Assembly (NCBI GenBank): GCA_951406725.2
Contig: OX597817.1
Coordinates: 60,946,001 to 61,010,000 of the forward strand
Length of the DNA: 64,000 bases
Origin: Octopus vulgaris
Taxonomy: Eukaryota
Direction of reading: 5' to 3'
In this document: positions 13,175-27,665 of the stretch, one piece after another
How positions within the stretch are numbered: position 1 is the stretch's first letter
Layout: every line of letters starts with the position of its first letter
Program-made: the position numbers and the translations under genes
Notes under the pieces: generated by a model
Database searches by the model: none
Told to the model about the DNA's origin: nothing
What the model saw: only the letters and a program-made list of their open reading frames with translations

Positions 13175-13580
13175 AAAATCGCTGGGTAACTCTTTTTCGA
13201 AGTTCCTCTGTGAAAGGAAAGTGGTGGCGGAGAGGGAGGTGCTGCCTTCCATTGAATTTGTGAAAAGATGGGTGACTGTGGCAAAACTGGTTTGAGTGAA
13301 TGACCGCACTCTAAACACTCGCTCCTAGATTGGAAAGCAACAGTTGGGAGAGGGTTCATGCCCTTTGTAGTCAGGGTAATCCTGGAACTGTGGGGTTCTT
13401 TGATCGGCCCCAGCTGCAGTTTCTCCTATATCAGGAGGATCGCATCACTCATGTTATTCCATACTTTGATATTAAGTCTACTTCTATCACATTTCATCTT
13501 TTATGTAAATCTTCACACAAATTGTTTTCTGTCCTTGTGGTGTACCCCTTGTTTACGTCCTTGTGGCTAATAAAAGAAAT
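13175..13580 (+). mobile_element. 3' end of an L1/Tx1-like LINE
   Basis: Decayed ORF2 C-terminus (..RKVVAEREVLPSIEFVKRWVTVAK..) followed by a 3' UTR ending CCTTGTGGCTAATAAAAGAAAT. Clade assigned by recalled resemblance. Confidence 0.5.
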
Positions 13581-13629
13581 CATTATCATCGTCGTCATCG
13601 TCATTGTTGTTATTATCATCATGATCACC

Positions 13630-13692
<63 letters not shown>

Positions 13693-13928
13693 GTTGTTGT
13701 TGTTGTTAAAGTTTCGAGCTGAGAAAATCGTTAGGACGCCGGGCAAAATGTTTAGAGGTATTTCGCCCGTCTTCACGTTCCGAGTTCAAATTTTGCCGAG
13801 GTCGACTCAGCCTTCCACCCTTTCGGGTTTGGGAAACTAACAGTGAAACACTGGGGTCGATGTAATCGACTATCCTCTTCCTCGCAAATTATTATTATTA
13901 TTATTATTATCATTATTATTATTATTAT

Positions 13929-13983
<55 letters not shown>

Positions 13984-14773
13984 TGTAGTAGTAGTAGTAG
14001 TTGTTGTTGTTGTTGTTGTAGCAGCAGCAATAGTTTAAGATAGGCGTCTATTGGCACCTTTCGAAAGAGCGCCGGACAATCCGTATTTTCTGATCGTTAA
14101 CCTCGTAGACAGTAATCAACTGTAATCAATTGTGTCCTTCCAAGATATGTTGGCGATGTTTGAAATCACTCTGCGTTGTCATCTAGGACCGGCTTCTGGG
14201 ATGCTTGTCCTTTCGCTTATCCTTTTAGCATCAGAGGGTGGAATTTCAACCGTGTTTCGTAGTTTAGTACCGCAACAGCTCCTTTATAGGATCCAGTTAG
14301 CTCAAGACATCATCAGGAGGAACCACGTCCAGTTTCGGCCCCTACTCCTCTACCGTTTTGACGTGGCGCCCCCTCCCCAATTTCGGAGGTGTCTTCGGAC
14401 CGTCACCTGTCAATCAGCGAAGCTAAACTCCCTCATCATTCAGAGAGATTCGTTCCCGTTTCTTTGATTTATATTTGATCTGAGCTCAATTATAAAGGAA
14501 CATTGAATAGGAACACTCTTCATTGTTTATGCCCCCAACATATCAATCATATATCGGTATCAATAATCGAATCATCATGTTCATTTGTATCGGCGATACC
14601 GAGACACCGAACGTGGATTTTCTTAGTAAGGAGTATAACGGTTTAAGAAGTCTGAGTTTACAGTATTTTGCTAATCAGAATCAAAATTGTGATAAGAGAA
14701 TGAAATCTCTTCAAATTTTCCCTCCTCGTTATCAGTTATTAAAGAACAATAATACTGAACGATAATCACACAG

Positions 14774-14812
<39 letters not shown>

Positions 14813-15159
14813 CTTACATGCAATGAGCGATAATGTATACATATTCATATACATACAGACTTATACTGTAATTACATGTATATAAATGATATAAGAATAT
14901 TTGAGTGTGTGTGTGTGTGTAGTCAGACTTAATATATTTGCAAGACAGTGCGTTCATTCCGCCTCTAATAGAATCAGTCAACCATTGTTTGGGAATGGTA
15001 ATTTGAGGCCAACAGGCTTCCATATATTGTACTTGGCCGATGCAAACTGGTGAAATACTTCACGAATTTCCCATGGTTCAACAACATTATATTATTCGGT
15101 GCGGTAAACAAATCGTAAATAACGAAGATTTCTTTCTAGTGTGCTTATAGATTTAGTGA

Positions 15160-15400
15160 AGGTGTGTAGCCTAGTGGTTAAAATATTACGCTGACGATCG
15201 CAAGACCGTGGTTTCGATACCCGGACTTGGCGGTACATTGTGTTCTTGTGCAAAACATTTCAATTCCTGTTGTTCCAGTCCACTAAGCTGTAAACAAGTC
15301 CCCCTGCGATCGACCGACGTCCAGTTCTGGGGGGGGGGGGTGTTGCGACCTTGGTCACTTGTACGCTATGGAAAACGGGTAGTAGCCCTATGAATCCTGG
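15160..15400 (+). mobile_element. SINE family C
   Basis: tRNA-like head GCCTAGTGGTTA...CGATCGCAAGACCGTGGTTTCGATACCC, shared with 45866-46125(-), 58487(+), 60697(+) and 61400-61665(-). Confidence 0.75.
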
Positions 15401-16172
15401 GGGTCGAGGTATTAGTGTCCAGAAGTTGTTGTTGTTGTTGTTGGGGATGATAATGATGATAACGATGAATGTCTAAATTAGAATACAGTCTTATGATCCG
15501 CTTACACTTAATGAGTTTCATAAGCAAAGTAAGAAGCGATGATAATTCGGTTCGCATAAATACATCACATTTGAATTGAGTTTAAACTCAAGGGCAGTCA
15601 GGCGTAAGTGGAGGGTAGGAGACGCTTTGGCTCTGCTCTTTTGGCGTCACCTATTTGATGCCGATGATACGACTCTGACGTTTTACTATTTCGCCCGTTC
15701 ACTTTATCTTTCTGTCTGTCTATCTCTCTCTGTATTTTTCTATCAGTGTGTGTGTGTTATGACCCTCTCCATTTCTATGTACGAATATCTACGTATGTTT
15801 ATGTAACCTCTCTCACTCTCTTTCACTCATTCTATCTCTCTCTCTCTCGCACCTGTTTGTGTGTGTGTGTGTTTGCTTCTAGCGCCAAAATGTACTCTCG
15901 CCAAAACAAGCTGGATTTACACACACACACATACACACACACACACACACAAACACACACATCAGGTTTCCTAACAGTTCCCGTCTACCAAATTCACTCA
16001 CAAGGCATTAGTCGGCCTGGGACTATAGTAGAAGACAAATGCCAAAGGTATCAGGCAGTGAGATTGATCTCGAAAGCTCGTGGTTGCAAAGCAAACATTT
16101 TACCAACACACCCATATCTGCACCTATTATATGACAATTATACATACATGTATACATACGTACATACGTACT

Positions 16173-16267
<95 letters not shown>

Positions 16268-16581
16268 CTTCTTTTTCTGTGGGAGTCAATTGAATTCCGC
16301 ATTGCACAACAATGAAATCCTCATCTGTCTGTGAGTGATGATGTTGCTGTTGTTGTTGTTTTTGTTGGAGCTTTTTCCTGATTGCGACAGTAAATTATGG
16401 CTTCTTTTTTTAGCCGCGTGAATTTCATCATGTCGAGAGAGAGTAAAGTGTTTTAGATGGACCAAACACGGATACGAACAAGTTACAAATCTGATATCGA
16501 TTGGCTGTGTGCGCTTTGTCTTGGTTATATGTGAACCGTATACATGTAGGTGTATGTACGTGTGTGCGTTTATATATATAT

Positions 16582-16620
<39 letters not shown>

Positions 16621-16904
16621 CACGCACACGCACAAATATATATATATATATATATATATGTATACATGTATATATATGTACATGTACGTATATATTATTT
16701 ATAGTATATGTTTCTTTTTCGCTTATAAGAAGATGGGTATTACAGTGACTTCGAAGTATTGGCACGCTAGCAATTGCCGGAATGTCAACGAAGGCTACCT
16801 GGCCGAAACTTCAAAGTCACTATCACTCATGTACTTTACAAAAAAGGATGGCGTAATCCTATAATTCAATGTGAACATGGTTTCATTATAGCACAGCATA
16901 AAAG

Positions 16905-17115
16905 CACGCTTCCCAACTCTATGGTCCCAGGTTCAGACCCAGCGTGAACTCTTGGTCAAGTGTCTTCTAGTGTAGCTACGAGCCGACCAAAGCTTTGTCG
17001 GTGATTTTTTTTTTATACGGAACCTGAAAGAAGGTAGATTTATGAGAGAGTAGAAGTTTTCAAGGCGCTGCTCCAGCTTGGCTGCAGCCCAATAACTGAA
17101 ACAAGTAAAAGAGAA
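16905..17115 (+). mobile_element. SINE family A, internally deleted
   Basis: Head GGTTCAGACCCAGCG..GGTCAAGTGTCTTCT joined to tail GCTCCAGC..ACTGAAACAAGTAAAAGAG. Confidence 0.75.
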
Positions 17116-17124
17116 AAGATAGTA

Positions 17125-17190
<66 letters not shown>

Positions 17191-17220
17191 CACTCACACA
17201 AATACACATACACACACATA

Positions 17221-17856
17221 TTGAACGAAAGAGTGGTTCGGTTTCTAACCTCTGTAAAGAAGACAATCTTATATGGTATTGTCATTGATATGCTAAAAAA
17301 AACAATATTCATTACGTTTGGTAATAAATCCGAGCTGGAACATGGAGCTGAAGAAAAATACATACGTAAAAGAAAAGAAGAGCCTAGAGAGGAAAAAGAA
17401 GAGGTTGAACATGTTTAAATCATACCATTTTGCTTATGTGAATCTCTCGGCTCCACTTCTTTTCTTTGACGCATCTATTTTTCTTCACTCTGATGAAGCT
17501 CTATGTTCCAGATCGGTTTTATTACCAAATATGATGAATATTATTTGTTTTAGCATATCCATGGTAATACCATATAAGATTGGAAGCAGAAACAGCTGTT
17601 AGATGGGATGCAGTCTATTTGTATTGAATTAAAAAATAATAATTGATGTAAGTCAATTGTTGTTGATCAATAATTCTCCATTTTCTGTTTACTTTAAATT
17701 TGATCTCTGATAAACTCATATTTATCTTTCTCATTACCTGTAACCTATGAGCATAATATGCTTGCATATGTATACTCAGGGTTAAACATAGATAATTATA
17801 CCGGTAATATAATGGATATTTTTATCCCCTAAACGGTTATTCCAACCTCTAACTCT

Positions 17857-17862
<6 letters not shown>
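17221..17862 (+). mobile_element. Non-coding PLE/retrozyme-like insert with ~130-bp inverted repeat and hammerhead-like core
   Basis: 17264-17390 is the reverse complement of 17443-17582. CTGATGA at 17490-17496 and GAAA-CAGCTG-TT at 17589-17600; the insert is bounded by microsatellites. Confidence 0.65.
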
Positions 17863-17907
<45 letters not shown>

Positions 17908-17969
17908 ATATGTATATATATATATATATAATATATATATATATATAAATGTGTATATGTATATATCTA

Positions 17970-18004
<35 letters not shown>

Positions 18005-18053
18005 GTGTATATGTATATATATATATATATATACATATGTATGTATATATACT

Positions 18054-18102
<49 letters not shown>

Positions 18103-18128
18103 GTATCTATATGTATATACACACATAT

Positions 18129-18160
<32 letters not shown>

Positions 18161-18949
18161 GTGTGTGCATGTATGTATGTATATACTGTATATGTACACG
18201 CACACACGCAATAATATTTATTTTTACAACTATGTAAATATCTGTTATATTGCAGTGAAGTACCTCGAATGAAACTGTAGTAAAGAAAGACTCTATAGAA
18301 GCCGTACCCTGTTTTTATCTCCGTTTTATAGTTCCCTTCGCCACTTATTTTATTTCAATTTATATATTTATCCATTTCTATTTGTATTTGAAACATTTAT
18401 TTATGTTTTGACAAGTTTTAGCAAAAGCCACCAATCTCACCGACTGCATGCGACTGGATAATCTTTCAATCTATCTGATATGAATTTATCTTAATTCTGT
18501 GCATAGTCTATGTGTTTGTTTAAGATAGATTTGGTCGAAGAACTGAAAAGAAAACAACGATATTGCCATTATATTGGGCCCTTGTCTTGGTCTCAATTTT
18601 CTTCGATTCTTATCACGTATATGCATGTATATATACGGATGTATGTGTATATTCTCTCTCTTCCCCCCTCTCTCTCTCTCTTATATGTAAGCCAACAAAC
18701 ACGCATATACACACAGTATTTTTTCCGTCTTTAGGTTCTAGGTTCAAATACTGTCGGAGTCGACTTTATCTTTCATCGTTTCAGGGTCGATAAAAAAAGA
18801 ACCGGTTGAGCATTGGTGGCGTCGAGATAAACGACTTGCACTTTCTCCACAATTGCTGACCTTGTACCAAAACTTGAAACCAACATAGCATAGAAACTAA
18901 AAGGGAGAAAGTGAGAGGGAATTCCTGAGCCCTGTGCATTCTCTTCGAT

Positions 18950-19136
18950 GTTAACCATTCTGGGGCGCGGCGTTGAAGGGCTTTGGTCGAACGAATCGAC
19001 CACAGGAGTTTTTTTTTAACACTGGTACTTATCGTTGTCTTTCGCCAAACCGTTTATTTACGGGGAAGCAAACCAACCAACTTGGGTTGTCAAGCGGATG
19101 ACCAACACAAACACTCACACTCACACACATATTGAT

Positions 19137-19183
<47 letters not shown>

Positions 19184-19320
19184 CAGTTTCCATCCACCAA
19201 ATCCACCCACACAACTTTGGTCGGCCCTTGGCTGTAGCCAAAGATGCTTGCAGCGGGACTGAACCCACAATCATGTGGTTGGAAAGCAAACTTCTTACCA
19301 CATAGCCATGCCTGTGCATG
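18950..19320 (-). mobile_element. SINE family A
   Basis: GGGACTGAACCCACAATCATGTGGTTGG..CTTACCACATAGCCA head (reverse), central CA repeat and conserved body. Confidence 0.8.
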
Positions 19321-19459
19321 AGCATATCTTTATGCTCTCTAGCATATCTAAGATGTAAAACTGAATATATTTGCATCCTTCAGTGTTGGATTCACGACAG
19401 TTCATATATAGAAAAAGAGACAACGTTGGATGTATCACAGAACATAGTGGTAGAGTGCG

Positions 19460-19519
<60 letters not shown>

Positions 19520-20192
19520 AGTGTGCGTGTGTGTGTGTGTGTGTATGCGTACTGTGTGTGTGAGTACGTATATGTGTATTGTTTCATGACACCACGATCT
19601 CATTTTATCACGCTTCATGTAATACTGAACGTCCTTCAAATTCTGGTCATTGGTCACTTCTGACATTCATCCTCTCCAAGTCGACAAAATAAAGTCCCAC
19701 TGAAGTTTGATGTCAACATAATCAACTAACCCCACCCTTCCCCTCGTAATTCTCAGCCTTGGGCTTAAATTAGAAACAATTATTTTCATACTAAGTGATT
19801 GTGATCTTGATTTCCTTTGGTTGTTTCCTCGGGCCGTTTCGCTACGGAAAGGCCCGAACGAGCCGCGCCGGTCAGAATTTTCGAAGGAGAATACTTTGGT
19901 AGTTACTCGTTGTCTACCATCGGATATTTTCTATAAGACATTCTCTTGACGATCACATGTCGACAAACACCGCAAGGCATTTTGCCCGACGCTCTATCGA
20001 TTCTGCCAAATCTCCGCCAAATGTGTATCAATTGGTCTGTAATAGCTCACCGTATGGGTCTATGTGCGTGGGTGAGGGTGTGAGGAGATTGATAGAGACA
20101 GAAACAGGGGGACAAATAAATGGAATAGACTACAACACAATGCAATAGCTAGATAGACAGATAGGGAGGAGAGGGAGAGAGAGGGAGGGGGG

Positions 20193-20223
<31 letters not shown>

Positions 20224-21160
20224 TTAGCATTTACTTGTTATTGTATTTTTTTTTACTTGTTCTTGTAAGCAGATCCTCTGATAATAATTTTTTCAGAATG
20301 AACAAGATTTCTTTTGGTCCCGAAAGACGGACTGGCTTCTCATAAAACTCGATTGCAGATCATGTACGTGCCTTAATCTTTGCAACGGAGCAAAGTCCTC
20401 TATAAAGGGCTCCTAAAGGTCGGGACTTGTGTGAAAGGAGGCAACGTATTAAGTGCCAGAAGCGCAGATACGTTGTCATGTAAATGAAATTGATAAAATG
20501 GTGTTGACATGAATATACAGTTGTTCGATCAATCAAAATAACATATAAATGGCTGAGTATTCCAAAGACATGTGGACCTTAAATGCTGATTCACGAGTCA
20601 ACGTGACACAGGGCATGACCTTTTTATTGCAAGTACGATCTATCCAACGGGTATGAGATGTTTTGGCGCAGCCGTATTGGCGTCGCTGCTTCGATGCTGG
20701 CTTATTTGACATAACTCATTTTAATGTTTTTCTCGTTCCCTCTCTCCACTTTCTCTCTCTTCCCGCGCCCCCTCTCCGTGGTTATGGGTATGAGGAAAGG
20801 AAAAGTTTTATGGATATTGTGTTCAATTCCTATAATGTCTCCCCCGTCCTTCTCTCCCCCTCTCTCTCTGTTTATCTCTATGCGTACATTTCTGCGCATA
20901 CGGCGTTCTGTCATCGAATCAGGCTGAATATCCTTTTAGCCGTGCCAAATCACCAGCGCCCAAGTAGTAACGCCAAATCGTCTCATTCCGCCACCGAACG
21001 AACTTTCACAGTTTCAGTCCACCCGAATTTCAAGCCCGATCTTGGGATGAATCAACGCTATGGCAACAGACATTTGCCCCCCAAATGCCACGTAGGGCGA
21101 TAGAATTCAGGATCTCATGATTACAAATAAACGTCCCAACCATTCCCCTAAGCCATCAGT

Positions 21161-21226
<66 letters not shown>

Positions 21227-22122
21227 AAACATTCAAATTGAATTTGACTTGAAGACTTCAACAAAACGTTTTTCATCTATCCTCTTTATCTCTATTTTTC
21301 ATTCCAATCATTTACCATCATTAATTACTTTCATTATTAATATTGATATTAATATCATCATTATTATTATTTTTATGATTATTATTATTATTCGTTATCA
21401 TCATTATAATTATCAGCGTATGAAGAAATATTGTTTATGCAAGAAGTATTGTTTATTTTTCCTTTTCGACCGAAAATAAAACAAAACAAAATAAATATAT
21501 TCAGGCATAGACATTACTATTATTATTATTATTCCCCTTTCTTCTTGTTTCCTCCCATAGCCGCTAGGTGCCGCTGACAGTCGAATATTACGTCACAGCA
21601 GCTGTTTTAAAATAAAACGCTCAACAAGAAACAAATATTCGTTTCAACTCTTGCATATGATGGCGATGATGATGCTGATACTGATGATGAGCCCATCACA
21701 TGATGCAACTACTACTACTACTGTCATTTATAAGCCAGCGCTACCAAAATATTCAGCGGGTTCGGGTTCGCATATCATTGCTTGTGGAATTTTTTTGTGT
21801 CAAATCAGTTTTTTTATGGGTGTTTTATAATTTTCCTTTTTTTCTTTAACTTTTAAGTTTTTTTTTTCTTTTCTTTTAAAATCATCTTTGGTTTGCTTGC
21901 TATTGTGTGGAATTGCTTAAGTTTGTGGTTTATATCTTTTGAGAAAAAAAAGTATTCTTCCATCTGCTGTAAACTTTAATTTAATTTTTTTTTTATTACC
22001 TCTATTTCTGAATACCATATTCCTTGTTGGTTTGGTAAATTCTTCCGTCTGGTTTGCTTAGATGCGAATATATTTTCATATCTTGATTTCTTTGTGAATT
22101 TCTCGTTTTATAATAAATCCTA

Positions 22123-22336
22123 AGCACCCCCAAAAATGTTAACTTCACTTAAAAATTCATTATTTTGTGTCAAAATTTGCGTCGCACCCACTGTGACCTG
22201 CTCCCTAAAAAGAGTTCACTCGTCCAACTTGAGTTCTACTACAAGTGTGTTAGTGACGAGGTCACAGTGTTTGCCACACATATTTTGACCCCAAATAATT
22301 TATGTTTAAGTGAAGTTAACAGTTTTTGAATGGCTG
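22123..22336. mobile_element. MITE with ~85-bp terminal inverted repeats
   Basis: AAAAATGTTAACTTCACTTAAA...CACTGTGACCT pairs with AGGTCACAGTG...TTTAAGTGAAGTTAACAGTTTTT. Confidence 0.8.
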
Positions 22337-22599
22337 ATCCGTGTCTACCAATGCAGTAATTGTTTCACTAGCGACATACAGTCTCAGATCAAATCCTTTG
22401 TCTGACAAGGACAACTCCAAGATATTTTCCGAGGTTTATTATTATTAAAGAATGGCCTAAACATACACAGACATATGCGTTTATCAATAAATGCACACAA
22501 ATGCACACGTGCCCACTCATACACACACATAATATATGAACATATATTAAGAATAAGGAGGTAGTCATGATTTATATACACACACATGCATGCATACAT

Positions 22600-22643
<44 letters not shown>

Positions 22644-24722
22644 GCATAGATATAAGTATGTGTGTGTTAGTGTGTGTGTGTGTGTGTGTGTGTGTGCATG
22701 GACATATATCGTTTAAGCCCATAACTGGTGTCACAAGTAGTACTAATCTGAACGCTTCAACATTGGCCTTTAGATAAAGTCTATGCTCACGTACAATCTC
22801 ATAAACACAGACGCAGAAGTTAGACATGAGAACATTTGCAGCCTTTGCTTTTTCTCTTCCATAAATGCTGCCATTATGATTTCATGACTCAGATATCCAT
22901 TAAGCGAAATCAGTGTTAACATCAACGTTACAAAAATTGCTCAAATACAAAATTCTATACGGATTGCTTAACGATTTGTTTGTAATGCACACCTGATATA
23001 CACATTATTTCATTAAAATAAGATATAATTAATGTCCGTACTGAAATATGAATGATAGTAGGGAGATTAATTTCCAGCAACGGCCAGAGACATTGTATTG
23101 CACATAAAACCTAAAAGCTATGAAAATGCATTTATATTTATTAGATTGCATCAGGGTTTATTAATAGTGATCAATATCCATCGATAGAACTTATTTACAG
23201 TTGGCCGTCTCTTTTACAATCAGTATGGTTTGGGTATAATGAAAAGTAATGATATATAAAAATGATACAACAGCTAAATCTCCCTCCAATCAATTGCCAC
23301 CGTCATAAAGGAAAGAAAAAATATGGAGCACTGAATTACGCACTCTTTGATATTCGTATTTTGTCGGGATGGTCACGGCGGTATTGGTTTTGATCATAGT
23401 TTAGTTCAATTAAGAAGATTGTTGCGTGGCTAAATATCTCTTTCTACTGAAGGCACAAGGCCTAGAATTTAGTCTAGGCATTTGACCCCAGGACTTGACT
23501 GCGACTTGTTTTATCGACCTGGAAAATATGAAAGACAAAGTCGATTTGGGCGACATTTGAACTCAGAACGTAGAGCTGAAAGACCAGCAGTTACGCATTG
23601 TGTCCGACCTTCTAACAACTCTACCGGCTCAACAATCCATATATGTACCACATCACCTTTACGCAAGAATTTCCCAAACGAGAGAGATTTTATCGTTATT
23701 CTCTTTCTTCAATATATAAAATTTAAGCTTATTTCCTTCCTTGATTCTATAAGAACTCAGAAGAATTCCTGAGCCATCATCTCTGAATCCTAATGACAGA
23801 AACAAATAAAAGATGAAAGAGCATCCTCCATTTGATTTGTAACTGGTGTTTTTGTTATTGTTGATGGTGATGTTGTTGTTTTTGTTGTGATCGTTATAAG
23901 ACATGGCTGCATACAGACATAGAAATAGAAATGGAAGATTTGCCCTCCATAATACGGATTTCATAAGTATCGAGAGAATATACTTAGCAGAGTCCGAGGA
24001 CTGTGGACCCAGGATGCAGAATAATGCTGATTCAGGTCTCTGCTCGGAACTGTATTCACTTACACACTTCTGCTAAGCTGAAATCTTGCAGAAGTAGACC
24101 TTGCCTTTCATCCTACCGGGATCGATAAAATAATAACCAAACACTGTAATCGATTAGCCTTCACTCCCAACAAAATATTTCTGCCATTGTTCCTATATAG
24201 TAGAAGGAATTATTATTATTATTATTATTATTCGCTCTATATGTATACATGTATATGCCTGTGTATGTGTTTATCTATCCATCTATCTATCTACATACAA
24301 ATGTATATATGATGTGTGTGTGCCTTTGTGTTTGTCTCCCGTCACTGCTCGACAAGCGGTGCTGGTATGTTTGCGTCACTGCAACTTAGTAGTTCAGCAA
24401 AATAGACCGTTACTATAAGTACCAAGCCTTATGGAAGAAAAAGGTACTGGGGCCGATTCCTTCCAGGCGGTACCCGGGTATGGCTACAGTCTAATTACTG
24501 GAACAAGTAAAAAATAACATTTTACTTGTTTATACAGTGTATAGTAAAATCGTTAATGAGTCAAACGAAATGCGGTGCAGTATTTCTTGTGGCTCTTTAT
24601 GCTCTGAGTTCAAACCCTGCTGAAGTAGACTACTTTGTTGAGTACCAATCAAGTATTGAGGATTGATGTTTTCGACTAAATCCCCTCCCTCAAAATTATT
24701 AGATTCTGCTCTAATTAATACA

Positions 24723-24754
<32 letters not shown>

Positions 24755-26117
24755 CACACACATCAGACAGGACAAAAGAAATAGACTTGGGTTCGTACCT
24801 CGTATAAATGGTTTTCTTTCCGTTTCTGTACTGTTTGGTCCTGATTGATCGAGCTTTTATATTTTTTTCAGGCATAGTGTATTTAAAACCACAATATGCA
24901 CCGAGTCATTTCCTTTTTATAATTTTGTAAGACAATAGTGTGGTTTGAAAATGGTTTGGATATTTTTCGCAGATCAGGTGTTGCTTGTGATAGGAAAAAA
25001 AAAAATATATATATACAAACATACGTGTGTGTGTGTTGGGACTGGGCAACTGAGTGTTAATATGAAATTCTGCTAGTGTTTGTAAATATGGACATGCCAG
25101 ATGTTTATAGAGATCTGCAGATCTAAGGAAGAAGGATTTATCTGGTCTAGAAAAGGGCGATGAGACGAAGCTTGGGAGCGGTGAGTAATGGCTGTTTGAG
25201 AAGCTACTCATCGAAGTGGTTTGAAGTGGGGTAGTAGAGTAAAAAATCCGTCATATGGTTCAAAACATTCACTGGTCTTTGGGAGTATTTAGCGGAGTCT
25301 CTTTCATTAGAAGCATTCGTATTTGGTGTCTTGTTTCAAAACACCTTCCTCTATTTAGTCCGCCATTGTGGGAGGCCCTGAAAGGGGTTACGAGCGTCAA
25401 CCTTATGATTAAACAATAATAAGAGACAGTCTTGCACTCCATCAGTTTGTACCAGTTGATGTACGCTTCGTGCTAAGTTGGAAGCTTGACACATCATACT
25501 GTGCTCATTCGTTAATAGAGTGGCTTGTGTTGTTGGTGTTGTTGTTTAGCCATTTCAGTTCTTGTCAAGCAGATATTTCCAACCATGACTATTCCATCCG
25601 TCCATCAATCCATTTTCTCCGACTACAACGACTATCTCAGAGGGAGGGTCGTCAAGTTCTCAAGATTTCTATCAGAGGTAAAACTGGACACTATTTCAAG
25701 CAGATAAAATGGACACATCTTTGGCTATTGTTTCATTGTTGTTGTTATTGGTAGTTTCTGTTCTACAGGGTTTTTTGTTCGAAATTATTACCAATATTAT
25801 CGATTACCAATATTATTAAACTTTATGAAAAATTTGGTCTCTTAAACAGTTTATTGGTATTCAATTAGTTTTTAGCTGTTTTCTATTAATAGTTGCCTCT
25901 CCTCAAAGCCTTTCATTTATAATTAACGATTGTTTTATTTCTGTTTTCTTTTTCGAGTATGAATTTCTCTCTATTTTTTTTTAATACTGTTTTTGTTCTA
26001 TTTTTGAAATTAGTAAAACATAATTTAGAAATTTGGTTTTTCTGCTTCTTGTGTGCTGACACTATCACACTTATAATTCTCTCAATCTTTCATTCTTTCT
26101 TTTCTTCTCATCTCTCG

Positions 26118-26163
<46 letters not shown>

Positions 26164-26280
26164 TTACTCCCTCTTTTATAAATCTATACAAACATCTACT
26201 TACACATACTAGGATACTCATACATACACATGCAAAGACACGTGCATACAAACATATATAACTGAAATTAATACAGACTA

Positions 26281-26382
26281 ACTGTACAAAACAATCAGAT
26301 GTATTAGTATAACGTTCAGGAATTGAAAAAGTCTTTTACGTTTCGAGCCTACGTTCTTCTACAGAAAAGGACACAGGAGAGA

Positions 26383-26390
<8 letters not shown>
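26281..26390 (-). mobile_element. Short hammerhead-like repeat (CUGUNGA-variant family)
   Basis: Minus strand CTTTT-CTGTAGA-AGAAC-GTAG-GCTC-GAAA-CGTA-AAAG, then ACTAATACATCTG, shared with 46430-46540. Confidence 0.6.
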
Positions 26391-26446
<56 letters not shown>

Positions 26447-26767
26447 AAAATCATTTATGATTTCACACTAAAATTATTTTTACCTTTCATAATTATGCCT
26501 CTTATATTCAGTTAGTCTAATGTTGTACTGAGGTCAGTTCATAGAGCACTCACATAACCACACACACACACACACAAACGAACAATCATACATGATAGAG
26601 GTGAGGTTGCAAAAACGATATTTTAGTGAAGTTTTTGATTCCAAGCTTTTACCTCATCTATTACATAATAGTCTCCATGCAGTATCATGTCGACTAACAT
26701 TGTGCACAGAAAACCGTCTGTTCAGACCATCAACAGCAAAATATTACATACATACGTTCATACACAC

Positions 26768-27182
26768 ATGCGTGGAGTGGCTGTGTGGTAAGTAGCTTGC
26801 TAACCAACCACATGGTTCCGGGTTCAGTCCCACTGCGTGGCATCTTGGGCAAGTGTCTTCTGCTATAGCCCCGGGCCGACCAATGCCTTGTGAGTGGATT
26901 TCGTAGACGGAAACTGAAAGAAGCCTGTCGTATATATGTATATATATATATATAAGTGTGTGTGTATATGTTTGTGTGTCTGTGTTTGTCCCCCTAGCAT
27001 TGCTTGACAACCGATGCTGGTGTGTTTACGTCCCCGTCACTTAGCGGTTCGGCAAAAGAGATCGATAGAATAAGTACTGGGCTTACAAAGAATAAGTTCC
27101 GGGGCGATTTGCTCGACTAAAAGGCGGTGCTCCAGCATGGCCGCAGTCAAATGACTGAAACAAGTAAAAGTGTAAAAGAGTA
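26768..27182 (+). mobile_element. SINE family A, full length and little diverged
   Basis: A-box-like TGGCTGTGTGG, B-box-like GGTTCAGTCCC, central TA/TG microsatellite, tail ACAAGTAAAAGTGTAAAAGAGTA. Confidence 0.92.
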
Positions 27183-27623
27183 TACATATATACAAACATA
27201 CATACATGCGTACATACGTTCATACATATATACATACATACATCCCGATATGTATTTTTCAACTTCGTCACGTTTCTCTTTCTAGTTTGGTGGATTTGGT
27301 TTGATTTTAGAACTCTTCCAGACTAATTCTTAGTCGTGAATCCTTCTTTTGTTGTTTATTTTTGCTGTCTGTGTGTCCACCTCATTATTGGTTGCAGTAC
27401 TGCTGCTGCTGCTGTTGTTGCTGCTACTGCTGCTGCTGTTGTTGTTGTTGTTGTTGATGATTATGATGATGCTGTGATTGCTGAAGTTGAAGTTGTCTGA
27501 GTTTGGTTCTCATATTTACTGACATTAAATTCAATTTGAGTTCGATATATGTGCTGTTAGCTTATTGTTACTTTGGTCAATGTTCTATATATATATATAT
27601 ATAGCATACAACTGTTGTTGAGT

Positions 27624-27665
<42 letters not shown>

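Noticed and set aside
18255-18290. GAAACTGTAGTA helix III-like motif
   Set aside because: No recognisable CUGANGA or helix II.
24900-25460. Tc1/mariner transposase remnant (RSADL similar to SPDL)
   Set aside because: Single weak motif; no supporting DDE/D context.
26775-26840. tRNA gene
   Set aside because: A/B-box-like head continues into a dispersed repeat body, so it is a SINE rather than a tRNA; the same applies to the family B and C heads.
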